Source: a virus (taxonomy: Duplodnaviria; Caudoviricetes). From it: a stretch of DNA of 55,148 nucleotides. The stretch covers positions 1 to 55,148 of IMG/VR virus record IMGVR_UViG_3300032257_000016; one strand, 5' to 3'. Below, piece after piece: positions 1 to 8,743 of this stretch. Position 1 is the stretch's first letter; the number at the start of each line of letters is the position of its first letter. The notes beneath the pieces are model-generated. The model saw nothing but the letters and a program-made list of their open reading frames with translations. It ran no database searches and was not told the DNA's origin. The position numbers and the translations under genes were made by a program.

Positions 1-149
1 GACATAGGTGTTCCGACTGGGATGCCTGTACTGTCAGTATAGCCCGCCGGTGAACGGAAAGAAGTCGAAGCCGCATCATTAGCCGGATTCGCTGCAATTA
101 CTAATGAACTTACGCAAAGCATCAATGTTAATAATAATATCTTTTTCAT
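1..149 (-). CDS. Signal-peptide-bearing protein, 3' end beyond the window
   Basis: My translation, not in the ORF track: MKKILLLTLMLCVSSLVIAANPANDAASTSFRSPAGYTDSTGIPVGTPM..., with GAGGA 6 nt upstream of ATG149 and an open frame to the window edge. Confidence 0.65.
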   Translation of the reverse strand, partial: MKKILLLTLMLCVSSLVIAANPANDAASTSFRSPAGYTDSTGIPVGTPM

Positions 150-267
150 TTTCATTCCTCGGTAAATAGTAATCAGGTGCCTCATGAGCACCCTGGATTT
201 TTCGTTTGTAACCATCTGAATTAAGCCAATCATTAATTAAACTTGACTTGAAAACACCTTCGGTCAT
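79..267 (-). CDS. Hypothetical protein (doubtful)
   Basis: Start overlaps the stop of 264..545, but it also overlaps the 1..149 ORF by 71 nt. Confidence 0.3.
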   Translation of the reverse strand: MTEGVFKSSLINDWLNSDGYKRKIQGAHEAPDYYLPRNENEKDIIINIDALRKFISNCSESG

Positions 268-545
268 TTTTTCCCTATATCTATAGTCGTTCGACTGCCT
301 ATCATGTTCGGCATGCTGTCAGCCATAAATCCAACAGTAAATGCAGCCGCTAAATTAAGCTGTCCTGTCTCATTCAGGAGAATAAAGCCAATAACCGCAC
401 CGACGATGGATAATCCAGAGTGATACGGATTATCTCGCCAGTATTCTTTTGGCGTAATCGGCCTACCCTCACGCTTCATGCCTTGTAAAGACTTAAAGAA
501 GTGAGTTAGCAGGCCTGCTGCCATCATGATTATTTCAACCGTCAT
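264..545 (-). CDS. Small multi-TM membrane protein, holin-like
   Basis: 93 aa, 2-3 hydrophobic segments, basic C-terminus (IGKK). Confidence 0.5.
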   Translation of the reverse strand: MTVEIIMMAAGLLTHFFKSLQGMKREGRPITPKEYWRDNPYHSGLSIVGAVIGFILLNETGQLNLAAAFTVGFMADSMPNMIGSRTTIDIGKK

Positions 546-547
546 GA

Positions 548-982
548 CTAAGCGAGCGTCACATCAAGATCGCCAGCAACAAACTTAGGAGCTGGGTCGC
601 CACTATTTACAGTCTTCGCAGCAGTTAATGCGCCGTGCAGCAGCAAGTTGCCGCCGGTTGCAGCATCAAAGATTGCAAAATGCGTAATTGATCCCCAGTT
701 TGCCGTTGGCGCCGGAAATGTAATATCAACAGCATTGTCCGTTAATCCACCGGTTCCAGATGAAGCGCCAGTTGTTCCGCCTTGAGTCGCGTTCCAGTTT
801 GTGTCCAAAGGAGCAAGATTGACGCGAGCATACGAGCCACCCGTTACCTCTGTACCGCCGCCAGAGTCGGAAGGCGCTGCGGTAAACAAAGCGATATGCA
901 GGGCAGTCGGCTTGGTGAAGCCTGCTGTACGAAACAGAAAGTCAATAAGTAAGTTTTCTAAATAGTCTGACATTGCGGCCAT
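548..982 (-). CDS. Virion structural beta-rich subunit (tail/head fibre-associated family), 144 aa
   Basis: MSDYLEN...ALFTAAPSDSGGGTEV.GGSYARV...FPAPTANWG.ITHFAIFDAATGGNLL pattern, common in phage structural modules; GGAGG RBS supports ATG982. Confidence 0.7.
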   Translation of the reverse strand: MAAMSDYLENLLIDFLFRTAGFTKPTALHIALFTAAPSDSGGGTEVTGGSYARVNLAPLDTNWNATQGGTTGASSGTGGLTDNAVDITFPAPTANWGSITHFAIFDAATGGNLLLHGALTAAKTVNSGDPAPKFVAGDLDVTLA

Positions 983-1014
983 GGGTGTACCCTCCATAAA
1001 GGTATGGTTTGGTA

Positions 1015-1026
1015 GCACTCATGCGC
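1015..1026 (-). promoter_or_regulatory. Leader RNA hairpin copy 1, GCGCAUGAGUGC
   Basis: Exact 12-mer also at 48087 and 52539; 32 nt upstream of ATG982. Confidence 0.8.
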
Positions 1027-1047
1027 TGATTAAAAATGAATTAAGCT

Positions 1048-1398
1048 TTATCGTGTAACTTCTTTACTCAAGGTGACTTCACCCTGAAGGATTCTTGTTG
1101 CCTCGCCTGATGAAACGATCTCAATATCATAGAAACCGGACGAGAATGTAAATAACGCGGTAACGGCAGTTGGAATAACTAGCGTTATTTGGCCGTTTAC
1201 AGCATCTGTAATCGTAATGTCATTACCGGTTGCGCTGTCATATTCAGGAGTTGCAGAAGTAATTTTCTTCCTGATCTGCATTCTTGCAGTAAACCCAGTC
1301 AGATTTTTTGCCGCACCTACTGAATCCACATACGAGAACACATGAAGATAAACAGATCCCTGCTGAATGATTAAGTCTTCTTCTTGTACCTCAGACAC
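1048..1398 (-). CDS. Ig-like beta-sandwich virion protein (BppU-N/LtfC-like adaptor)
   Basis: I.QG...NLTG.TARMQIR...G.I.L......T......YDIE......RIL.G.V pattern. Confidence 0.65.
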   Translation of the reverse strand: MSEVQEEDLIIQQGSVYLHVFSYVDSVGAAKNLTGFTARMQIRKKITSATPEYDSATGNDITITDAVNGQITLVIPTAVTALFTFSSGFYDIEIVSSGEATRILQGEVTLSKEVTR

Positions 1399-3565
1399 TG
1401 ACTGGCTCCTCTTCGCTTACAGGCACATAGCCTATGTCTTTAAGAACTTCATCAGCGGCCTCTGCTATCTCAGGATTTGACGCAGCCAGGTCGCCTGCTT
1501 CCATTGCGGCCTTGAGTGCTGAAACCTTCCTGCTAAGTGCTGATGCCTTCTTATCTTCAGTCGAAGCTTCACGCTCTTCAATGACCGATTGTTTATCACG
1601 CTGATCCAGTTCCTTCTCAGCCCTCATTTCTTCTTCACGAGACTCACGCTCCGCCTTCTCTTCTGGCGTTTCACGTTCATCAGGTGCGCTCATGCCGTTA
1701 ATCTTGCGAATCCTTGATACCATCTCGTCTTTTCCGGGGAAGTCCGTCAGTTCAAAGACCATATCAAGCAACTGCAGGCCAACATCACCTGGCATCTTGC
1801 CGATCATGTCCATCATCTGCTCAAACATGGCAACACGAATTGACTCACGGAAATCTTGCGAATCAACAACAAAATCAGCTTTTGTTGCTGTTATATCGTT
1901 AATGTATGACACCTCACCTGTGACCGGATCAATCTCAGGCTCATTCATGGCGAGGAAGTTCATGTTCCCACGTTCACCGACAATGCGAATTTCTTTGCGA
2001 TCGACGATAAACTGCTCGGCCAATGACAATGTAATCTCACCCTGCAGCTGCACTGCGTAACGCAGGTTGTCAAATAACTCAGCTGTAACAACGCTACCTT
2101 CATTTTGCTTGGCAAGAATGGCTTTACCGCTCGCTGCATTTGTTTCAGAGCCAAGATTTTCACCAGTAACACCGGCACCGCTCATTACATAATCGTCATC
2201 ACGCTGCATGAGCATAATATGCTCTTCTGCTAACTGGCGATCTGTATTCATTTCAAACTTAACAAGACTATTGGCCAGCTTTATAACGCCATCGGGTCTA
2301 CTCGCCTCGTCAATAGCTTCATCCCAGTCCTCAACAGCGTTCTTGTCGGCGATAATTTGATTGGTTGATAGGATAAACAGCGCCTTACTGGCTCGTTTAT
2401 TCATGTCTTCCTGGGGATCTCGTGCATTACGAACAGCGCCATAAGGTGCATTATCACGCGAGCGGCGATAACCCCAGACTGGCGTAAACGGGAATCTATT
2501 ATGTTTATATGGTGAACGAATGTTTTGCAGTAAGTGGGTTCCTGCAAAAATAGCGCACCACATGCGCTGAACAAGAGAGTCATGCAGGCTGACAATTTCC
2601 TCAGTCGCCGCTTTATTCATTGTTTCGTCGTTTTCGTCGTAGATATTGCCGTCAAACTGCATGTCTCCGCGCATAATCTTCACGGATTCAGGCTTACGGT
2701 ACCAGCATTCGACAAGTCGTACACGCTCACGCCGGTTATCAGCATTGAACGCATCATCAAAATAGGATCTTCGGCCAACAACACGGCCTTGGTCGTCGGT
2801 TTGCTGATAAATCATAGAGTAATAAAACTCTTCGTCTTCATCAGTACCATAAAGATTATGGCTTACTGCGCTTTCCTCAAGTTCTTCCTTGCGGTCAGGG
2901 AATGAAGCAACAGCATAATCAAGATCAGTCCATTTACTGCGGAATAAGTAACGTGAATCAGACAGATCGCGCTCAACGCCGAGGCTGTCATACCACATAT
3001 TTCTCCAGCTCTCACAGCGAGAAAAGATTAATTCATCCGTTTCATCGTTATGAATTCCATCTTCAAGCCAGCCAACACCGACTTTCACGGAATCTGCAAA
3101 CGCAAGTGACCGATGGAATACCGTCTTATTAACGTCTGAAAGGTATTTAAGCAGCTTTGTCTTGCGACTAGCCGTTTCAACGTCACTTTCTTTTCGTGGA
3201 AATGCGTTAAAATCCACCTTTGTTCTTTTTTCGGTACCAATAATCCAGTCAACAGTCTGCTTGATCTTGTTGAACACCAGAGGTGCCTGGCCACGATCTC
3301 TTAATTCTTGTATATCCTCTTCTGACCACTGAAGACCATCATAAAAATCAGCGTCAGTCGCCATTTGTATTCTATTTTCAGCTTGCACCTGCCTTTCACG
3401 GTTCCACCAGTCCTGCAGCCGCGCCAATAACGCTTTGTTCTCCTCACTATCAAGCGCATGATCCTGGGTCGGTTCAGAAGGATCAGTGGACTCATCAATC
3501 ATCATGTACCGAGAGTCAGGGTCATGATAACCCTTGGTTTTGACGTTTTCGATACTACCCGGCAT
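1391..3565 (-). CDS. Portal protein (P22-like)
   Basis: 724 aa; D.DFYDG.QW, RGQAPLVFN, ASGKAILAKQ.EG motifs; lies downstream of terL. Confidence 0.93.
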   Translation of the reverse strand: MPGSIENVKTKGYHDPDSRYMMIDESTDPSEPTQDHALDSEENKALLARLQDWWNRERQVQAENRIQMATDADFYDGLQWSEEDIQELRDRGQAPLVFNKIKQTVDWIIGTEKRTKVDFNAFPRKESDVETASRKTKLLKYLSDVNKTVFHRSLAFADSVKVGVGWLEDGIHNDETDELIFSRCESWRNMWYDSLGVERDLSDSRYLFRSKWTDLDYAVASFPDRKEELEESAVSHNLYGTDEDEEFYYSMIYQQTDDQGRVVGRRSYFDDAFNADNRRERVRLVECWYRKPESVKIMRGDMQFDGNIYDENDETMNKAATEEIVSLHDSLVQRMWCAIFAGTHLLQNIRSPYKHNRFPFTPVWGYRRSRDNAPYGAVRNARDPQEDMNKRASKALFILSTNQIIADKNAVEDWDEAIDEASRPDGVIKLANSLVKFEMNTDRQLAEEHIMLMQRDDDYVMSGAGVTGENLGSETNAASGKAILAKQNEGSVVTAELFDNLRYAVQLQGEITLSLAEQFIVDRKEIRIVGERGNMNFLAMNEPEIDPVTGEVSYINDITATKADFVVDSQDFRESIRVAMFEQMMDMIGKMPGDVGLQLLDMVFELTDFPGKDEMVSRIRKINGMSAPDERETPEEKAERESREEEMRAEKELDQRDKQSVIEEREASTEDKKASALSRKVSALKAAMEAGDLAASNPEIAEAADEVLKDIGYVPVSEEEPVSV

Positions 3566-3794
3566 GACTGTCTGCCTCAGTTACCCACGCAACAACCAAT
3601 TCTTCGTCTTTATTGAGATAATCAACGTGAGTATATTTAATCTCAACGTGCGGCTCTTCAGCGTCCGGATAATATTGAATGGAATTCAGCTTAGATCCTT
3701 CAGGTATGCCATTCTCAACAAAGGTGGCAGGCAGGTTCCTATTCTGGGTGAATATTTTTTCGAATATTTCAGGCATTAAACGTACAGTAATCAT
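3555..3794 (-). CDS. Hypothetical protein
   Basis: 79-aa ORF coupled to both neighbours. Confidence 0.55.
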   Translation of the reverse strand: MITVRLMPEIFEKIFTQNRNLPATFVENGIPEGSKLNSIQYYPDAEEPHVEIKYTHVDYLNKDEELVVAWVTEADSHAG

Positions 3795-4174
3795 CAGTGA
3801 ACCACCTTTTGACCGCCAATAGAGATCTCAAGACCGTGATTCTCAACAGCCTCTTCAATAAGGTCTTGTGTGCTCTGTTCTTCTTCAGGAACCATCTTGA
3901 TTAGCTCGGGAAGGTAGTTCAGGATAGCGTCAGCGATCTTATAAGCCGCAACCCTTGTGTTTCCAAGGCCAAGAACGTCAGCGGCCTTATACGACTTCAT
4001 GACCAGCGTTTCGCTATCTGCATACTGCCATGCGGAAGACAGGCAAATAACATACGCTCGCTTACGGTTCATGTGACGAGATCCAATGCACATTGCAGGT
4101 TCACCGGATACATGCTGGAAGAATATTCTTAAATCATGCGTCTCGTAAACTGTATTTGGTTTAGTGCCGGACAT
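3794..4174 (-). CDS. Conserved hypothetical protein between terL and portal
   Basis: 126 aa, GAGGG RBS, preceded by a leader-hairpin copy. Confidence 0.7.
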   Translation of the reverse strand: MSGTKPNTVYETHDLRIFFQHVSGEPAMCIGSRHMNRKRAYVICLSSAWQYADSETLVMKSYKAADVLGLGNTRVAAYKIADAILNYLPELIKMVPEEEQSTQDLIEEAVENHGLEISIGGQKVVH

Positions 4175-4200
4175 AATAACCCTCTCGGTTCATCATCCAA

Positions 4201-4212
4201 GCACTCTTGCGC
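4201..4212 (-). promoter_or_regulatory. Leader RNA hairpin copy 2 (variant GCGCAAGAGUGC)
   Basis: 11/12 match to the other three copies; intergenic, 26 nt upstream of ATG4174. Confidence 0.75.
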
Positions 4213-4261
4213 AGCGGAATCGATTGTTTGTTTGAATTGGTGTGAATCAACTAATTATTTT

Positions 4262-4510
4262 TTATGGCTCAATATCAAGATCCGGCCTCAAGCAGATAAG
4301 GTGCTCTTCTGCACACATAAGTTCGTCGTCTGCATCTGCCAGTAGCCCTGCATCGCCATGAAGTCCCGCGTACAGATCTATCGTAGATCTCGCTTCCTGA
4401 ACGTAGTGAATGGCGCACTTAACAGAATAAAAGCCCTTTGTAGCCATGTAGTAACGTGCTTTAAGTTCGAGCCATTTATCATGCAGCCTATATTTTATGC
4501 TGTTCTCCAA
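4262..4510 (-). CDS. Hypothetical protein
   Basis: 82-aa ORF overlapping the end of terL. Confidence 0.5.
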   Translation of the reverse strand: MENSIKYRLHDKWLELKARYYMATKGFYSVKCAIHYVQEARSTIDLYAGLHGDAGLLADADDELMCAEEHLICLRPDLDIEP

Positions 4511-6015
4511 TTTTTCGCCCTCCGCCTGGTTTTACTGGCGCGTTCTGGTGTGAATCCTCGTGCAAATTGCTCAAAGCCGTCATTGCCATGGCTTGCATCA
4601 TTATGTAATGGCGTTTCTTGGAACGCCCCTATCTTGTCATTCCATTGCCGCCTGTAGTGATCCAGGTGCTTAATTCCTAATGCGCATCCCCGTTCATCAA
4701 AATAACACTGAGGAAGTGCGTCACGAACAGCCTGATGCGCTTCGCGCTTGTCTGGAACTCGCGGAACACATACAACCTTGAATCCGAACCCCTCCATGAT
4801 TTCCTTTCGGCTCTTATTGTCCTCCCTTGTCAACTCAACAACTTCACCGTCATGCGGGAAATAAACTGTACCGTAAACATAATCAAGCTGAAGCATGTAT
4901 TTTGCGTAGAACTGGATCGACTCACCGCAGTTTTCATAGTAATGAATGAATCGATACTCCATACCTACGTGCTGCATGAACCAAATCACGTTGAAATCAT
5001 TGCGTCCAAGGTCGAAAAAGGTGTAAACCTTCAGTCTTGGGTCAAATGGTATGTTCAATATGTGATTATTCTTGCGTATCCATGCCATTTGACGGCTGTA
5101 ATACGCGCCAACAATACTCTGCTCGAATGCTTCATCAGGTGTTGACGGATATTCACGCTTCATATCCTCACCCTGCCCCTCAAGCTTCTTCACGTACCAC
5201 GCCTTTTGCTCTGCATCGACCGTAATTCCACTCTTACTTTCTAATTCGTCGAAATACTTTTCATCTTCATCAGTAATAATGATGTTGTCTGGGTCTGTTC
5301 GGTATGATGGGTGTTTCCACCAGGGGAAGAAAAAGAACTTAAAATCAAGTTTCGATAGCTTCTTACCCATCTTGAGTAAGTTCCTGGCTATCTCTGTCAT
5401 GTCAAAGAACTTGCCTTCACGTCCCTCAGCGGTAGACTCAATGAAAATGAAGTGACCTTCATGCACCGCATTAAATGCGCCAGTTACAATCTCACGCGCC
5501 TTTTCCGGGTATTTAGCGCAGATCTTGCCGAATTCACTAACATGCAGGTACTGTAACGTGCCTGAGCGTAGGCTAGTTCCTACCCTGACGCTCGAATTAT
5601 TTGAAAGAAGCAACTCTCCTGCATCATTTTTAACCGCTTTGGGGATTAAATCTCGATATTTATCAGGAATATTATCGTAAGCAAACTTGATTTTATCCCG
5701 GAAAAACACCTGCGCATCATCTTTATTGTGCGCAATAACACCCGCTCGAATATTGTTGTTCCAGATTACCCGATCAAGAATGAATATCTGTATAAACGTA
5801 GTAAAACCAAGCTGGCGAGCTTTAAGTATTGTCGACAGGTACCACATTGTCCGATAAAAGGACTTTTGCGCCCAGTTCATCTTAAACAGAACCTTCTTGC
5901 CCTTCTCATTCGTAATGTAATACAAATGACTGAGCCGCCACTTCTCGTTGCCAATCGTCTTCTTCAGCTCCGCAAGTTCTTTCGGCGTTAGCTCTCTTTC
6001 CTTTTTAGTCGCCAC
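4495..6015 (-). CDS. terL: Terminase large subunit
   Basis: LKARQLGFTT Walker A, LHVSE Walker B, ESTAEG coupling motif, FDLG...SHGND nuclease; GTG6015 is the likely start. Confidence 0.95.
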   Translation of the reverse strand: MATKKERELTPKELAELKKTIGNEKWRLSHLYYITNEKGKKVLFKMNWAQKSFYRTMWYLSTILKARQLGFTTFIQIFILDRVIWNNNIRAGVIAHNKDDAQVFFRDKIKFAYDNIPDKYRDLIPKAVKNDAGELLLSNNSSVRVGTSLRSGTLQYLHVSEFGKICAKYPEKAREIVTGAFNAVHEGHFIFIESTAEGREGKFFDMTEIARNLLKMGKKLSKLDFKFFFFPWWKHPSYRTDPDNIIITDEDEKYFDELESKSGITVDAEQKAWYVKKLEGQGEDMKREYPSTPDEAFEQSIVGAYYSRQMAWIRKNNHILNIPFDPRLKVYTFFDLGRNDFNVIWFMQHVGMEYRFIHYYENCGESIQFYAKYMLQLDYVYGTVYFPHDGEVVELTREDNKSRKEIMEGFGFKVVCVPRVPDKREAHQAVRDALPQCYFDERGCALGIKHLDHYRRQWNDKIGAFQETPLHNDASHGNDGFEQFARGFTPERASKTRRRAKNWRTA

Positions 6016-6589
6016 TCGGAAGACCAAGATTCTTATCAGATATGGCTTCGTACAGATCAAGTAATGTAGTACCAGCTTCGTGCTGCACCTTGTCTGTCAG
6101 TATCTTGAGATACCTGCCTAGTAATTCCTGGGATCTGTTCGCGCCTGACGCATCAAACTTCTTAGTCATCGCCTGAATGGCTTTCCCGTCAATAGTGATC
6201 TGCTCAGGATATTCAACATCGCCGAGGCACCTGGCCAATATCTTCAGCTGATCTTTTAGCCATTGAGTCTGGTCATATTGAATGTCTTCAATGATCTCAG
6301 CCAGTCGCACGTCGATATACGCGCAAATTTCAGGCTTCTTTAGTAGATTACAGCCACCTACTCGCGCCGCATTGTCTGTTTTGCACGTTTTAAACGTCTT
6401 TCGGTATGCCTCACTCGCGTCGCGCTTGGGATCTGCAAGGTATAAGTCAGCAAACATTTGGTAATTGTCAGTAAGTCCATGCTCATTTACTGACTGCCGA
6501 CCTCGGGTTTTTGCTGTTTTCGTCTTCGAGGACGCTCTTTTCTTAGCCGGGGCTTTCTTCTTGGCCGATACTTTCTTCTTTGTGGTCAT
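6005..6589 (-). CDS. terS: Terminase small subunit with Lys/Ala-rich N-terminal tail
   Basis: LT....FADLYL.....A.EAY...A....LLK.PEI..YI HTH and FDASGANRSQELLGRYL; directly upstream of terL. Confidence 0.88.
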   Translation of the reverse strand: MTTKKKVSAKKKAPAKKRASSKTKTAKTRGRQSVNEHGLTDNYQMFADLYLADPKRDASEAYRKTFKTCKTDNAARVGGCNLLKKPEICAYIDVRLAEIIEDIQYDQTQWLKDQLKILARCLGDVEYPEQITIDGKAIQAMTKKFDASGANRSQELLGRYLKILTDKVQHEAGTTLLDLYEAISDKNLGLPSGD

Positions 6590-6785
6590 ACTCTGTTACC
6601 CATAACTGCTGTCCTGCCTTAGCATCCTCCAGTTCCTGAGTATGTCGTGGACAGGCATCTTGTAGTGTGAATCTGCAACCTCCACCGCAATAACAAACAG
6701 TAGACCGCACCCATCGAGCGTTTTCACGCACAGGAATACACTCAAATATATCTACATCGGAGTCATCAATCATTATTTCACGCAT
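6543..6785 (-). CDS. Hypothetical Cys-rich protein
   Basis: 80-aa ORF with no clear RBS; start abuts a terminator U-tract. Confidence 0.35.
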   Translation of the reverse strand: MREIMIDDSDVDIFECIPVRENARWVRSTVCYCGGGCRFTLQDACPRHTQELEDAKAGQQLWVTEYDHKEESIGQEESPG

Positions 6786-6809
6786 AAAAAAACCAGCGGC
6801 TAGGCTGGT
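6786..6809 (-). terminator. Intrinsic terminator ahead of the packaging genes (tR'-like)
   Basis: ACCAGC-ctagcc-GCTGGT followed by a T tract on the minus strand; TATAAT about 35 nt upstream (6841-6846). Confidence 0.7.
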
Positions 6810-6858
6810 GTTTATAACTTGGCGGATACAGGACGGTATTATTATATTTTTTGCAAAT

Positions 6859-6892
6859 AAAATGCCCTGAACTTTGTTGTTGAGGGCATTTT
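6859..6892. terminator. Probable bidirectional terminator closing the 6949-8206 cassette
   Basis: AAAATGCCCT-N14-AGGGCATTTT perfect inverted repeat. Confidence 0.65.
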
Positions 6893-6948
6893 TAGATCTT
6901 GATAATAATTAGTATGAATTAGGGCGCCCAATTTATCAAGTGCTTAGC

Positions 6949-7122
6949 TTACTTTTTTTCTCTGGCCTTTTTTTCTCTGGCCTTTTTCTTCTTCGCCGCA
7001 TAATCCTTTATGGACTCACGGTCTTCATCATAAGACCAGACCCATAGCTTACGCAGCCCCTTGTCCCTTTGCCGGGCTTCAAACTCTGAAACCCGGCGAT
7101 TTACTGTATTGTCTTTTGCCAC
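6949..7122 (-). CDS. Small basic putative DNA-binding regulator (ribbon-helix-helix/DUF3018-like), 57 aa
   Basis: My translation: MAKDNTVNRRVSEFEARQRDKGLRKLWVWSYDEDRESIKDYAAKKKKAREKKAREKK; GAGG RBS; RV..F..R.R..GL....VW pattern. Confidence 0.6.
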   Translation of the reverse strand: MAKDNTVNRRVSEFEARQRDKGLRKLWVWSYDEDRESIKDYAAKKKKAREKKAREKK

Positions 7123-7135
7123 TTTCTCGCCTCAC

Positions 7136-7603
7136 TTACATGTAAACTACATGCGCATGCCCGTCTTCAAAGGCCTCCGCAGCGTAATCCCGATGAAACG
7201 ACTCAAATTCAGCCGCTTCCTCTGGTGTCAGTATGCTGATACTGGTTCGGCCTTCAGCATTCATGTGCACGCTATCACAAAAGCTGTCGAAATCAGCCCT
7301 ATTAGCATGCACCTGGGAAAGATCAGCACCTCGGCACATATCGCAGTCGGTTGAATCAACCATTACGCTTATGAACCCATTGACTGAGCATGCCTGTATT
7401 TGTGAATTCAATGCTAATGACCTCACCTCAGCCCGATCATAGCTCATTATCGCGTCGGCTACCTCAACAGTCTTATACCAATCCTCCAGCCCAATTCGGC
7501 TAATCTTTGCAATATGATGGTTTAATTCATCGTCACTCAGACCCTGAAGGCTGGCGTGGCTAATACTCATGGCATTGAATAATGATTTGCTTATGTGTCT
7601 CAT
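7136..7603 (-). CDS. Hypothetical acidic protein
   Basis: 155 aa, AGGAG RBS, ATGA coupling. Confidence 0.7.
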   Translation of the reverse strand: MRHISKSLFNAMSISHASLQGLSDDELNHHIAKISRIGLEDWYKTVEVADAIMSYDRAEVRSLALNSQIQACSVNGFISVMVDSTDCDMCRGADLSQVHANRADFDSFCDSVHMNAEGRTSISILTPEEAAEFESFHRDYAAEAFEDGHAHVVYM

Positions 7604-7818
7604 TGTACAGCTCCTTCTCTCTTGCTGGTAACGAAATAGTCATAGTTATACACCTCAACCTTAAACGATCTGTCTGGCTGCTTTTCCCTGGATCGCAGTA
7701 ATGTGCATTCGCCAAACCAAAGGTCAGACCCGCAATCAAGTCTATCCTGGAACTTAATTGCATGATCTTTACTTGAAAACGACTTCTCTTTGCCTGAATA
7801 ATTTACTGTGAAGCTCAT
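7600..7818 (-). CDS. Hypothetical protein
   Basis: 72 aa, GGGGTG RBS. Confidence 0.65.
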   Translation of the reverse strand: MSFTVNYSGKEKSFSSKDHAIKFQDRLDCGSDLWFGECTLLRSREKQPDRSFKVEVYNYDYFVTSKREGAVQ

Positions 7819-7828
7819 ATATCACCCC

Positions 7829-8206
7829 CTACCCGTAAACCATTTCGCCAAAAAGGCAAAGCTGCAAGAAAGCATCACTCGTATCGGCATCCCAGTTCTC
7901 GCCCACTAAATCATTATAACAATCGGCGTCTTCTTCAATCAGCTTTTTGCCTAGTTCTACCGCATCCCGGTCAAGTCTCCAGACCTCACGGCCTTCATCG
8001 TCGCACTCGTCTGCATCGCAAATAAGAACCGCCCCGCCATTAAAAGGAAGAAGCCCGTATGGGTGAATATTCTTGGAATACTCGAAACTCACTGCCAATG
8101 GCTGCTCTGGCTTTTCGATACCCTCAATCATGTACCAATAATTTGAACCGCCCTCGAATGCGGTTATGAGTAGTTCACTTGCTAATTTATCTGAAATATT
8201 GCTCAT
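7829..8206 (-). CDS. Strongly acidic conserved phage protein
   Basis: 125 aa; A.EGG.NYW and DAD..D...Q..LFGE..YG motifs; GGAG RBS. Confidence 0.75.
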   Translation of the reverse strand: MSNISDKLASELLITAFEGGSNYWYMIEGIEKPEQPLAVSFEYSKNIHPYGLLPFNGGAVLICDADECDDEGREVWRLDRDAVELGKKLIEEDADCYNDLVGENWDADTSDAFLQLCLFGEMVYG

Positions 8207-8226
8207 TGTATTATCTCCGTTAGTTG

Positions 8227-8266
8227 CTTACACCTTAATAATAGGCGTAAGTTGCTAACGTGTCAA
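8227..8266 (-). promoter_or_regulatory. Near-consensus sigma70 promoter with an inverted repeat over the -10 box
   Basis: TTGACA-17 nt-TATTAT (8266-8261, 8243-8238); CTTACACCT-N7-AGGCGTAAG at 8227-8251. Confidence 0.85.
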
Positions 8267-8282
8267 GGAGTCTTTTTATATA

Positions 8283-8585
8283 TCAAACTAACGTGCACTC
8301 AATCATTGTATTAAGGCCGGACAATCGAAGAGTGTCACCATTTGACAGGATTTCTTTTCCTATCCTTGCTAACGCAAGCTCGCCCCCTTTCTCATATAAG
8401 TTTATTTCAAGTTCTATGCTAGGGAAGCCAAGGAGTCCCTTACTTACGCTTAAAACCTTAATTTCAATCTCTCCGTTTACCTCAAAATGAAACCCATTAT
8501 TATTGCGTACATTAGCAATAGTGCCATCTTTAAACCCAGCGGATAGCATAGACTCTAATGCGTCATCTGTTATTGTCGCTCTCAT
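8283..8585 (-). CDS. Hypothetical protein
   Basis: 100 aa, GGGGA RBS. Confidence 0.6.
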   Translation of the reverse strand: MRATITDDALESMLSAGFKDGTIANVRNNNGFHFEVNGEIEIKVLSVSKGLLGFPSIELEINLYEKGGELALARIGKEILSNGDTLRLSGLNTMIECTLV

Positions 8586-8680
8586 GTAATATTCCCCAAT
8601 GAATTAATACCCGTTACTTAACCGTTAAGCACCCGGAGAAAACAGGTTCCCGGCCTCAGTTTGAGTTCACGCATACCCGT

Positions 8681-8709
8681 TTGCATTGCAGTTGCATTGC
8701 AGTTGCATT
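8681..8709. repeat. 11-bp tandem repeat (TTGCATTGCAG)x2.6
   Basis: Read directly; intergenic, downstream of the Q-like gene. Confidence 0.85.
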
Positions 8710-8743
8710 CCGATTCTTTCCCTGACAATAGTATTGCAATCAC

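Noticed and set aside
6952-6987. 15-bp tandem repeat as a regulatory element
   Set aside because: It is an in-frame duplication encoding KAREK twice at the end of the 57-aa ORF
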